Both the position numbers and the translations under genes were made by a program. Shown in pieces: positions 38,278 through 47,895 of a DNA stretch of 64,000 nucleotides. This stretch comes from an uncultured virus (IMG/VR IMGVR_UViG_3300046008_001858) (lineage: Duplodnaviria; Heunggongvirae; Uroviricota; Caudoviricetes), in the IMG/VR virus record IMGVR_UViG_3300046008_001858; one strand, given 5' to 3'. Within the stretch, counting starts at the first letter, position 1. Every line of letters starts with the position of its first letter. The notes below the pieces were generated by a model, which made no database searches, was not told the origin of the DNA, and saw only the letters and a program-made list of their open reading frames with translations.

Positions 38278-38627
38278 TTCTGATCCTTTTCCATATTAGC
38301 TGAAATAAACTCTACAGCTTTAATAACAGCATCTTGTTCGTCATCTTCATCTGTTGAAAAACATTTCTGACCACTATCAATTTTAACACGTACATATGTT
38401 CGATTATCATCGTCAATATAACACAAATGAATATCAATAGTGAAACCATTTTTACGAATCCAATCTTTACATTTTTCTAATAAAAAATGTATTTCATATT
38501 CGATGCTTTCGTTAATTGTACGAACCATTAAATATGAACCTTTTCTTGTCACAAGAATAGATTCATCGACATATTCAACTTGAACCCCAAGCACTTTTGA
38601 CAATGCTAAACAACTAATAACTTCCAT
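38274..38627 (-). CDS. Hypothetical protein, tandem paralog family
   Basis: IHFLLEKCKDWI..DAVIKAVEFI. Confidence 0.8.
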   Translation of the reverse strand: MEVISCLALSKVLGVQVEYVDESILVTRKGSYLMVRTINESIEYEIHFLLEKCKDWIRKNGFTIDIHLCYIDDDNRTYVRVKIDSGQKCFSTDEDDEQDAVIKAVEFISANMEKDQK

Positions 38628-38712
38628 GGTAACATCCTTTTAAACAACTCATTTCAATGAATGTGTTTGACTATGTTATATCAAGATAAGTTTATTTAAT
38701 TTGTATTATTTT

Positions 38713-38991
38713 TTATTTCGAAGAAATTTTAATAAAGGTATTACCATCTTCTATTTCATTCCAAGTAACAATCTTTCCTTTTGAATCTTTCCAACAATCC
38801 ATAAAAGGATGTCTATCACCATCTGGTAATTCTTGAAAATAATCAAAAAATAATTCTTTTGTTTCAGAACTATTCCAGCAAACTATTTTATCATTTGACA
38901 TTTCTTTAAATTTCTTAATATTATATACATTTACATATTCTTGATTGCTTTTAACCGCAATAAATTTTCCAACTTCGATTAATTTATTCAT
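38713..38991 (-). CDS. Hypothetical protein
   Basis: 92-aa ORF with RBS. Confidence 0.6.
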   Translation of the reverse strand: MNKLIEVGKFIAVKSNQEYVNVYNIKKFKEMSNDKIVCWNSSETKELFFDYFQELPDGDRHPFMDCWKDSKGKIVTWNEIEDGNTFIKISSK

Positions 38992-39147
38992 CTAAAAATC
39001 CTTATATTTAACTAAATATTTTTAATATTATATTTAAAATACACTTAATTAAATATAAATTTGTGTGTTATTTTTAATCAAATTTAAAGGTTTATTCTAC
39101 TATAATTATATAGATAAAAAGCATTGAATACTTAAGAAGGATTGAAT

Positions 39148-39351
39148 ATGAAAATATTGGAAGTCGAATCAATTTATGGCGGAGAAATTAAAATAGTTAA
39201 AACAAGAAAGGATTTTGTGTGTAAATGCTGTGAGGAACTAAAACCAAAAGGTACAATGGCAAAATCATTTAAATGCGCAAATTCAAATGATTTTTTTGAA
39301 TTAAAATTTTGTTTAGATTGCGATGGAAAATATTTCATCCAAACAAATTGA
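39148..39351 (+). CDS. Small zinc-finger protein
   Basis: Two CxxC motifs. Confidence 0.6.
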   Translation: MKILEVESIYGGEIKIVKTRKDFVCKCCEELKPKGTMAKSFKCANSNDFFELKFCLDCDGKYFIQTN

Positions 39352-39368
39352 AAAATAAAGGATCTATT

Positions 39369-39788
39369 ATGACGAACGATATTAATGAAGTTATGGACAC
39401 TCTGGACGCAGCTGTGTTCTCTGGGGATACATTTTTAAATAAAGAAAATCTTGAAAATTTTAAACATTTTCTTGAACGTTGGAATTCTCAAGTGAAAGTA
39501 TTAGAATCAACTGGTGAAAACATATTTGCTACTGATTCTTTTGTTGCTGCAGTTACAGGAAATTTACCTATTTTAAAAGTAGATAATATTGAATCTACAT
39601 ATTGGAATATTGAAGAAAATGACGAAAACGAAGATGATTATATATTAGTTTTTGGTTTTGAAAATTATGATATAAATTTCAAAGAATCTGATATCTCAAA
39701 TATTGAAGATCTTGGTAATAATTCTTGGAAAGTAACTTTTTCTGAAGATGGAAAAGAAAAAATTTCAACTTTTAAATTTTATTCGTAA
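39369..39788 (+). CDS. Hypothetical acidic protein
   Basis: ORF after AAGGA RBS. Confidence 0.65.
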   Translation: MTNDINEVMDTLDAAVFSGDTFLNKENLENFKHFLERWNSQVKVLESTGENIFATDSFVAAVTGNLPILKVDNIESTYWNIEENDENEDDYILVFGFENYDINFKESDISNIEDLGNNSWKVTFSEDGKEKISTFKFYS

Positions 39789-39955
39789 AATAAATAATGT
39801 ATAAAGAATATAATTATATTTATTCTTATAACTTAACATAACTTTTTTATGGCGATTCATGATTTTAACGATAAAGAAGAAGAAAAAAATACTATAAAAT
39901 TACAATAGAATTTAAAGATGAAAGTAATTTAATAGGTTTATTACGGAGGTAATAA

Positions 39956-40294
39956 ATGAAAACAAAAGGAGTTTTAAATAACGTAGTAAAAGGTTTCGAA
40001 AAGAAATCTGGCGATTTCTTTAACAAGAATCAGATAATAATGTGGGCCCTACGAAGCTCATTAATGTCTGCCTTGATATCTTTAACAAAAGGTATCTTCT
40101 TGCTTAACGTAATCATAACAGAAAAAAGTATTAATGTCAATATTGATAAAGATGTTTTTTTGCAAATAGGTGTTGCTTTCATAGTTATAACTTTGATTTC
40201 TTTATTCACTAAAGAATTATTCAAAAGAAAGCATGAATTTAAAAAGAGTCTAAAAGAAAATGTTGCTGCATCTTTTCTTGGATTTATTATTTAA
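39956..40294 (+). CDS. Hypothetical membrane protein
   Basis: GGAGG RBS, TM segments. Confidence 0.65.
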   Translation: MKTKGVLNNVVKGFEKKSGDFFNKNQIIMWALRSSLMSALISLTKGIFLLNVIITEKSINVNIDKDVFLQIGVAFIVITLISLFTKELFKRKHEFKKSLKENVAASFLGFII

Positions 40295-40386
40295 GAGTTA
40301 ATCTCTTCTGCTCCGTTTCGGAGTAGTTTTATAAATTTAGATACAATAATAAAGATAATAACACCAATAAAGGAGTAACATAATAA

Positions 40387-40926
40387 ATGATTAAAAACTC
40401 AATAATAACAAGGATATTTCTACATATAGTTATAATATTATTTGCTATAGGACCAATGCTATTAGCAGCATCTTATTTAAGAATTAAAATACCAGATTAT
40501 TATAATTACACAGCATTTCCGTTACTATATGTATCTATTATTGCTTCATGGTTTATATATATTCCTGAGTTAATAAAAAGAACATATAAATATTTTGGAA
40601 TTCTTCAAACAAAAGAAGAAAAAGAACTTTATAGTCTTTCAGATGATAAAGCAATGGACAATACAGGATCTTTTTTAATGGCTGTAATCATTGGTGCTGC
40701 CTCTATAATTCTAGGATTAATTTATTATGGATTAGTAGCAAAATACAACGTAATGGAAAATTTAGGTTATTTTCATATTATGACAATTATATTATCTGGT
40801 TTAATAACTTTAGTTTCATACAAAGGAATGACTAAAGGGATGAATGTTTTATTAAAAAAATCCTCACGAAGTGACACGAGCCTGAAAGGCATCGTAGATG
40901 GGTGGGAAGAAGAAATTAAGGATTAA
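40387..40926 (+). CDS. Hypothetical 4-TM membrane protein
   Basis: AGGAG RBS, four hydrophobic segments. Confidence 0.65.
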   Translation: MIKNSIITRIFLHIVIILFAIGPMLLAASYLRIKIPDYYNYTAFPLLYVSIIASWFIYIPELIKRTYKYFGILQTKEEKELYSLSDDKAMDNTGSFLMAVIIGAASIILGLIYYGLVAKYNVMENLGYFHIMTIILSGLITLVSYKGMTKGMNVLLKKSSRSDTSLKGIVDGWEEEIKD

Positions 40927-40938
40927 GGTATTGATAAG

Positions 40939-41172
40939 ATGAAATATTTATTAATATTATTTTTCACATTAGATTTATTTGCAAGAACTCATAGTTCAAG
41001 ACATATTTCATTAAGAAGTATTTTTTATTCATTTATTTTAATTGCTATATATATAATATTTAAAGTTTTGATAGTTTTATTTCAAAAAAATGAAACAACA
41101 AAAAAACCTGAAGATACCATAAATATAGTTAGTGAAAAGAAAAATTCTTTTGAATTTATAAGGGATAAATAA
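40939..41172 (+). CDS. Small membrane protein
   Basis: 77 aa, signal-like segment plus TM helix. Confidence 0.55.
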   Translation: MKYLLILFFTLDLFARTHSSRHISLRSIFYSFILIAIYIIFKVLIVLFQKNETTKKPEDTINIVSEKKNSFEFIRDK

Positions 41173-41176
41173 AAAT

Positions 41177-41524
41177 TTACTCCTCTATATTTAATATTTC
41201 TTTAATTAGTACTAAATTACTTACAATATCTTTTTCCATTTCTTGACTTAGCTCGTTTATATCTCGATGATAATCTTTTCTCCAAAAATAATCTGCATAA
41301 CTCTTATTAGGTAGAATTAATGTTAAGAAATCATTTGTTATTTTATTCTCATATTTCAATACAGCTTGATATGTTTCATCTCCTTTATATTTTCCAATAT
41401 ATACAACATCTGTTTTTAATTTAATCTTATTATTTTGGTCAAATAAATCTTTTATTATTAAATTTTTTTCTACTTGAGAAATTTTTCTTAAAGACTCAAA
41501 TCTATCCTGTACTTGTTGATTCAT
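41177..41524 (-). CDS. Hypothetical protein
   Basis: 115-aa ORF with GAGG RBS. Confidence 0.6.
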   Translation of the reverse strand: MNQQVQDRFESLRKISQVEKNLIIKDLFDQNNKIKLKTDVVYIGKYKGDETYQAVLKYENKITNDFLTLILPNKSYADYFWRKDYHRDINELSQEMEKDIVSNLVLIKEILNIEE

Positions 41525-41623
41525 AATTACCTCATCTCATATTATAATATTCAATATAATACTATATTAAATATTATTTTATTGAAAAATGCTATAATTT
41601 ATAAATTAATTTGGAGTTAAAAT

Positions 41624-41878
41624 ATGAAGAAACATAGCACAAGAACAATTGAAGAATTAGAAAATTTAGCAGAAGAAATGGGTGATTTGGAATATAATTC
41701 ATTAAGCGATTTTTTGGAGTCTTTAGCTATAAAGTTTCTAACTGATTCTAATAAAAATAAAAATATTGGTCGTGTAAAATTATCTCAAGAATTAGAAATG
41801 GCATCTATTTATGTAAGAAAAGCAAGTGAAAGTATAGAAAATGCTTATGGTTTATCTAAACGATTTGTTGAGGAATAA
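41624..41878 (+). CDS. Hypothetical protein
   Basis: 84-aa ORF with promoter and RBS. Confidence 0.65.
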   Translation: MKKHSTRTIEELENLAEEMGDLEYNSLSDFLESLAIKFLTDSNKNKNIGRVKLSQELEMASIYVRKASESIENAYGLSKRFVEE

Positions 41879-41965
41879 ATTTATTTATTCAAATAAATTA
41901 AAAAAATAATTTTTATTTAAGATTTAAAGATATATAATATAATATATTATATAAAAGGATCTAAA

Positions 41966-42625
41966 ATGAAAAAAATCTTGTTCTTGTTAATCTTCTCTAT
42001 AAACTCATTATTTGCAGGCATTTTGTTGGAAAATTTTCCTAACTCTGAATTAAAAGATGAAAATCTTACATTTAAATATAAGACAAACAAAATAGATCAT
42101 TGGTATGGAAGTTCTTCATCTGTAAATGGAGTTTATTTATCTAATGAATTAAAATTTAAAGTTGAAACAGAAAAAGCTGTTGTTATTAATAAAGGTGGTT
42201 TTTCAAAAGAAGACATGAAATTAATAGCTCATATTATTGATTATGAATATATTGAGAATTATGAAGATATTCCAAAAGATACTGAATATTTAATTGGAGT
42301 TGAAGTTTATGCTTATCCATATGAAGGTAATTGGACAAAATTAAATATGAATGTGATAGAGAATAAAGATTCTGGATCTGCTGCTCAAGGATTTTTAAAT
42401 GCTGCTGCAAATAATAACATATCGCAAAGTTCTAGTAATGCTTCTTTAGGATTAGCAGGTTTGTCTATTGCTGCATCTTTATTTCAATCAAATACAAATA
42501 TGATATATAAAGTATCAATCTTAAATAGGAATACAAATGATCTAAAATCAACCTTTGTTTTAGTTATCGGAAAAACATCTTTACCATTTTTACTTGCTAG
42601 AGGATTAGAAGCTGAATGGCAATAA
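41966..42625 (+). CDS. Hypothetical secreted protein
   Basis: MKKILFLLIFSINSLFA signal peptide. Confidence 0.7.
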   Translation: MKKILFLLIFSINSLFAGILLENFPNSELKDENLTFKYKTNKIDHWYGSSSSVNGVYLSNELKFKVETEKAVVINKGGFSKEDMKLIAHIIDYEYIENYEDIPKDTEYLIGVEVYAYPYEGNWTKLNMNVIENKDSGSAAQGFLNAAANNNISQSSSNASLGLAGLSIAASLFQSNTNMIYKVSILNRNTNDLKSTFVLVIGKTSLPFLLARGLEAEWQ

Positions 42626-42689
42626 AAGATATCAAATAAAAATTATTTTTAGTAAGCTTTTAAAGCTTACTATTTAATCTTTTAGATAT

Positions 42690-43457
42690 TTAATTCCATG
42701 TAGCGAAAATTTCTTCACCGTCCATATCTAATAATACAGCTTGTATTTCTTTACTTTCTCCACCTTCTTGAAATACACATTCTAATGAACAAGATTTAAA
42801 TAGTTTCTGTCCTTCTTCTGACTCAGATTCATAATAAAAACTACCGTACATTTCTCCTATTAATTCTCGACCTTCTTCAATATTAGAATTATCGTTATAC
42901 AAATCTAACATTTTTTGTAACATTGTATCGTCAATATAAAATGCTTCTGAAATGATTTCCCAATCTCCAAAAGTTTCATCTAAATTAATTGTTCCAAAAG
43001 AAACAAATTTTGGATTAAAATCATCTACTTCAATAATGTATGAATTTTGAATATTTTTTTCTACTGAATATCCACCGAAAATTAAAAATTCATCTTCACA
43101 TTTTGATTGAATATCTTCAACGTCAATATATGGATTCTTAAGTGTAAATGTTTGAAAAATTATTTCTTCATAATCTTTATCACTGTAATATGTACTATAA
43201 ATTTCATTTAAAGGTTCATCTTCTTCATTTACTTCTTCAATTAAAAATTTACCATCTTTAGAGTCTGGACCATATACGCCAACAATTTCTTGGTGTTCAA
43301 AAAATTCAACCATAACATCTCCATCTTCTGACCAGTTTGAAATACTCAATTCTTCATTTTCAGCAGCATTTAATAAAAGATTTCTTTTAGCCTCATCTGT
43401 TACAATACCCATTGAAAATTCGCCGCCAGTATTTATTACTGTTAATTTAACTCTCAT
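42690..43457 (-). CDS. Hypothetical acidic protein
   Basis: 255-aa ORF with AGGAG RBS. Confidence 0.75.
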   Translation of the reverse strand: MRVKLTVINTGGEFSMGIVTDEAKRNLLLNAAENEELSISNWSEDGDVMVEFFEHQEIVGVYGPDSKDGKFLIEEVNEEDEPLNEIYSTYYSDKDYEEIIFQTFTLKNPYIDVEDIQSKCEDEFLIFGGYSVEKNIQNSYIIEVDDFNPKFVSFGTINLDETFGDWEIISEAFYIDDTMLQKMLDLYNDNSNIEEGRELIGEMYGSFYYESESEEGQKLFKSCSLECVFQEGGESKEIQAVLLDMDGEEIFATWN

Positions 43458-43645
43458 ATTAAACTCCTTTTTATATATTATAATATATATTCTTTTAAAT
43501 TTAAATTTAATTATATAAGATATTTTTCCATAAAATAAGTTAGATGAAGATATATTTAATAATATATCAACTTTTAAAAATTTATTAATAAATAGTTAAG
43601 TTCTTTTATATTATAATTAAATAAATAAGCTAAAAGGAATTTATT

Positions 43646-43981
43646 ATGACAGAAGAATACTTTGGATTATCATCTTTAGATGAAGCTAAAATTTTAGCAA
43701 AATGTAGCGCAAGAATTACAAGAGAATCTTGGGATAAAGAAGATGAAAATAAAGCAATTGTTTTAGGCGATGAATTATCGAGAAGCTATGGGTTGTATTC
43801 AGATCATCCTTATGATTTTCATAAAATATATAAAGGTGAATTAACAAATTATGTTAAAGAATTTAAAGAAAAATTTCCTGCTGAATGGTATTTAGTTCGA
43901 GTAGGAGATGAAAATTTTAAACCAGTTCCTTATATTTTTTCTGAAGATGATCTCAAAGCTACAGATTGGAGAGGTTGGTAG
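43646..43981 (+). CDS. Hypothetical protein (possible DUF2829-like)
   Basis: ARITRESW N-terminal and S.DDLKATDW C-terminal motifs. Confidence 0.6.
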   Translation: MTEEYFGLSSLDEAKILAKCSARITRESWDKEDENKAIVLGDELSRSYGLYSDHPYDFHKIYKGELTNYVKEFKEKFPAEWYLVRVGDENFKPVPYIFSEDDLKATDWRGW

Positions 43982-44206
43982 TTAACTTCTGATAGAAGCT
44001 AATTACCGTGCAATTTTAATTATGATATAATTAGAAAATAAATAATAAATGAAACTCTAAAGCTCATCTATGTTGTCTTTTGAATCATTTTATTTATTTT
44101 AAATTATAATATCTTATTATTTTTAAATAATATATTTATTATTGATTATTTTTTAATCATTATTTAAAAAAGAGACAATTTTTACAAAAATAGGTGAGAG
44201 ATTTTT

Positions 44207-46192
44207 ATGTTCAGCAAATATTTAGATAATTTTATTAATATAGGTGTTTTAGATTCAGATACAGATGAAGAAAAATTAGCAAAAAAAATGTTTTCTTTTT
44301 TACCAATACTTATTGGTACATTAGCTATATTTTGGGGTTCATTTTATCTTTATTTAGGTCATTACATCTCTGCAGCGATTCCTTTAAGTTATTCAATCAT
44401 TTCAATCATTGGAATATGGAGAATGTCTATTACTAAAAGATTAGAAACAATTCAATTCACTCAATTATCTTTAGTTTTAATCTTACCTTTTTTATTAATG
44501 TGGTCATTAGGTGGATTTGAAGCAGGTAGTTATGTTTTAATTTGGGCTTTCTTTGCACCAGTAGCAGCATTATCTTTGAAAAAAGCGAGAAGTAGATGTT
44601 GGTTTATATTATTTGTAATTTTATCTTTATTGTCTGCAGCAATGAATACTTATTTAGAAACAAATATTGAACCAATTCCAATGGAATGGATTCATTTCTT
44701 TTTTGGATTAAATACTGTTTTTGGATTCACAGGAATATATATAATGTTAAAACATTATGTTAATAGTAGAAATGAAGATACAGAAAAAATATTATTAAGA
44801 GAACATTTAGCTATTATCGAAAAAAATGAAGCCTTAGAAGAAGTTAATTTAAAATTAGGTCATGCTGTAACAAAAGATAGTTTAACAGGACTAGACAATA
44901 GATTGTCATTAATGACTAAATTACATGCTATTTTAGAAAATAATTCAGAAGATAAATTTGCTTTATGTTTTATTGATTTAGATAGATTTAAACAAATTAA
45001 TGATTCTTTGAGCCATAACGTAGGAGATGAAGTTTTAATATATGTTGCAGATACATTAACAAAATGTGTAGATGAAACTGATATGGTCGCTCGCTTAGGC
45101 GGAGATGAATTTATATTATTAATGGAAAATATTGGAACTAAAGAAGAACTAACAATAAAAATAAATCATATTCTTGAATCATTAAGACAAATGATTCATT
45201 TTGGAGGATTAGATCTACAAGTTACTTGTAGTCTAGGTGTATCAATTTATCCAGATGATTTATCTATTGAAAATCAAACTTTAGATTCAAGAGCAAAAGC
45301 AAATTTAATGTTAAGAAATTCAGATACAGCAATGTATAAAGTTAAAGATGAAGGTAGGGATAAATTTATTTTTTTCAAAGAGGATATGCATACTGAAAAA
45401 TTAAATGAACTCATTTTAGAAACAGATTTAAGATTAGCATTAAAAAATGATAACTTTGAAGTCTATTATCAACCACAAATAGATATAAAAGAAGGTAAAG
45501 TTATAGGTATGGAAGCATTGGTAAGATGGATCCATCCTGAAAAAGGAATTATTTCTCCCTTAGAATTTATACCTTTAGCTGAAAAGATAGGTTTGATTAT
45601 TAATTTAGATAGAAGTGTTATGATTAAAGCTATGAATCAATTAGTAGAATGGAATAACTCAAAATTATTTAATGGAACAGTTTCTTTAAATTTATCAGCA
45701 AGACAATTAGAGCAACTTGATTTTGTTGATTTTGTTAAAGAGCAACTTTCTATCTCTGGTTGTAAAGCTGAATGGATTGAGTTAGAAGTTACAGAAAGTC
45801 ATATTATGCAAGATACAGAACAAGCAATATCAATTTTAAAGGAATTAGGTGAATTAGGAATAAAAATTTCTGTTGACGATTTTGGTGTAGGCTATTCATC
45901 TTTAACATATTTAAAGAAATTACCAATTAATAAATTAAAGATAGATAAATCATTCATTGACGGTGTCCCATATGATCGAGGTGATACGTCAATAGTAAAA
46001 GCAATAATTGTTATGGCAACTGGATTAGGACTTGAAATAATAGCTGAGGGTATCGAAAATACTGAGCAAAAAGAATTCTTACTTGACAATGGATGTTACT
46101 TAATGCAAGGATACTTATGTTCTAAACCGTTAAGTGCTTCTGCTTTTGAAGATTTTGTAAAAGTTGGTTGTCCTAAGAAAGTTAAATGTTGA
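44207..46192 (+). CDS. Membrane-bound GGDEF-EAL c-di-GMP enzyme
   Basis: N-terminal TM domain, ARLGGDEF, YQPQ..EALVRW, DDFGVGYSSL, LKIDKSF and QGY motifs. Confidence 0.95.
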   Translation: MFSKYLDNFINIGVLDSDTDEEKLAKKMFSFLPILIGTLAIFWGSFYLYLGHYISAAIPLSYSIISIIGIWRMSITKRLETIQFTQLSLVLILPFLLMWSLGGFEAGSYVLIWAFFAPVAALSLKKARSRCWFILFVILSLLSAAMNTYLETNIEPIPMEWIHFFFGLNTVFGFTGIYIMLKHYVNSRNEDTEKILLREHLAIIEKNEALEEVNLKLGHAVTKDSLTGLDNRLSLMTKLHAILENNSEDKFALCFIDLDRFKQINDSLSHNVGDEVLIYVADTLTKCVDETDMVARLGGDEFILLMENIGTKEELTIKINHILESLRQMIHFGGLDLQVTCSLGVSIYPDDLSIENQTLDSRAKANLMLRNSDTAMYKVKDEGRDKFIFFKEDMHTEKLNELILETDLRLALKNDNFEVYYQPQIDIKEGKVIGMEALVRWIHPEKGIISPLEFIPLAEKIGLIINLDRSVMIKAMNQLVEWNNSKLFNGTVSLNLSARQLEQLDFVDFVKEQLSISGCKAEWIELEVTESHIMQDTEQAISILKELGELGIKISVDDFGVGYSSLTYLKKLPINKLKIDKSFIDGVPYDRGDTSIVKAIIVMATGLGLEIIAEGIENTEQKEFLLDNGCYLMQGYLCSKPLSASAFEDFVKVGCPKKVKC

Positions 46193-46292
46193 TATCACAT
46201 TTGTGATATATTACTCATTTAAGCATTTATCTATATAGAAAATATAGTTTTTCCATATTATCTATATAAATTTAGCTTAATTAATAAAACTT

Positions 46293-47273
46293 TTAGTTAA
46301 AATTAATAACAACTTTATAATAATTATCTGGAGTTAATCTGAAATTATCGTTTTTCACACATCGTTCTGTGTTCGCTAATAAATGTCCTGTTTGTAACCA
46401 ATCTCTTCCAGAAGTATATATTTCTTCTTTAAAATTAAATTCAGAATCATAAACAAATGTATGCGAAAATTGTCTTGAATATTCTCGATCATTTTTAAAA
46501 TTATCAGTAATAAAAATATTATTTGACATAAAATATCCAGATCTTAATTTATGAAAACAATCAAACGAAAATACTGTTGTCTTAGTTATATCTAAAATTT
46601 CTTCAATAGTCATTTCTTGAAAACTTAATGAATAATTTTCAGAAATAGGTTTGATATCTTCATAATAAAGAATATTCTTTTTAATTATAAATACACTATT
46701 AATAGTATCAACAATATCTTTTTTTGTAATTTTCAAGTCTTTAATGACTTTTACCTTATTATTTAAATAAAATACGTTGTTTTCATATATTGAATCAACT
46801 TTATAATCATTATGTTTATAAACTTCAAATGCAACATGCTTTTTTTGAACTTTAGATACTATAATTTCTCCAGCTTTACTTCTTCGATAAGAAATGATAT
46901 ATTTTAAACCAAGATAAATAAAATAACTTTTTTTATCATCTAACATATATACATTTCCAATAACTAAATCATTAAAGTCAATAGATATACTTGTATTATT
47001 ATATGTTTCTGTCAACCAAGAATCATAAACATGTTTTGGTTTAGGATTACCATATGAATCAAGAATAAAAGGAAAAACAAAGGAATTATTTATAATAGAA
47101 ACTTTATTTTTAATTATTAATTTCATAATAGAAGAAAGAGACATTGAGTAGGTTTGTTCATTATCAAAAATTAATGATACTGAATCATCGTCTATACTTT
47201 TAATATATGCCTCATTTGTGACATAAGGTTCGTAATGTTTTGTTTTTTGAAATAATTTTGGATCAAAAGCCAT
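46293..47273 (-). CDS. Hypothetical protein
   Basis: 326-aa ORF with RBS. Confidence 0.7.
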   Translation of the reverse strand: MAFDPKLFQKTKHYEPYVTNEAYIKSIDDDSVSLIFDNEQTYSMSLSSIMKLIIKNKVSIINNSFVFPFILDSYGNPKPKHVYDSWLTETYNNTSISIDFNDLVIGNVYMLDDKKSYFIYLGLKYIISYRRSKAGEIIVSKVQKKHVAFEVYKHNDYKVDSIYENNVFYLNNKVKVIKDLKITKKDIVDTINSVFIIKKNILYYEDIKPISENYSLSFQEMTIEEILDITKTTVFSFDCFHKLRSGYFMSNNIFITDNFKNDREYSRQFSHTFVYDSEFNFKEEIYTSGRDWLQTGHLLANTERCVKNDNFRLTPDNYYKVVINFN

Positions 47274-47450
47274 TTTAAATTCCTTGCTTATTATTAAATA
47301 TATTTTAATATATTTAAGCTTAAAAAAAGCTTTTTTCTAGAAAAACATATGTCTTTATCTAGAATTTTTAAGTTAAATCATTATATTACAATGAAATCTT
47401 TTTAAAGATTATTTCAATGGTTCTCTTATAGAACCTAAGGGGAGTTTATT

Positions 47451-47846
47451 ATGATATTCGGATTTACAGAAGCAGATGATTGTGAAGGTCGTAGTATGAG
47501 CGTGCGTTTTTATTTTTACGGAAAAGATAAAAAAGATGCGTTGGAAAGATATAAAAAAATGTCTGGAAAAGAATGGATTACATGTGGATTTTACGGAATT
47601 AAAGAACTATCAAAAGAAGATGGTAAAAAAGTTGTAAAAGACTTTAAAAAGGTTTATAAAAAAGCTTATCTTCACATAGATATTTATTCAAAATATCTTG
47701 AATTTTTGAGAAAAGATACAAGTATTGAAAATTTAAAGATTGAAAAATCAATTCTTAAATATCAAGAAAGAAATTTGAAACAATTTGTTGAGCTTAATAA
47801 AGAAGCTTTAAAATTGAATGTTATGCAATATAATATCATTCTATAA
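47451..47846 (+). CDS. Hypothetical protein
   Basis: 131-aa ORF with GGGGAG RBS. Confidence 0.65.
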   Translation: MIFGFTEADDCEGRSMSVRFYFYGKDKKDALERYKKMSGKEWITCGFYGIKELSKEDGKKVVKDFKKVYKKAYLHIDIYSKYLEFLRKDTSIENLKIEKSILKYQERNLKQFVELNKEALKLNVMQYNIIL

Positions 47847-47895
47847 GTATTCGTTCTTTTGAACGAATATTGAAAACTTTTAGTTAATATGTGAA

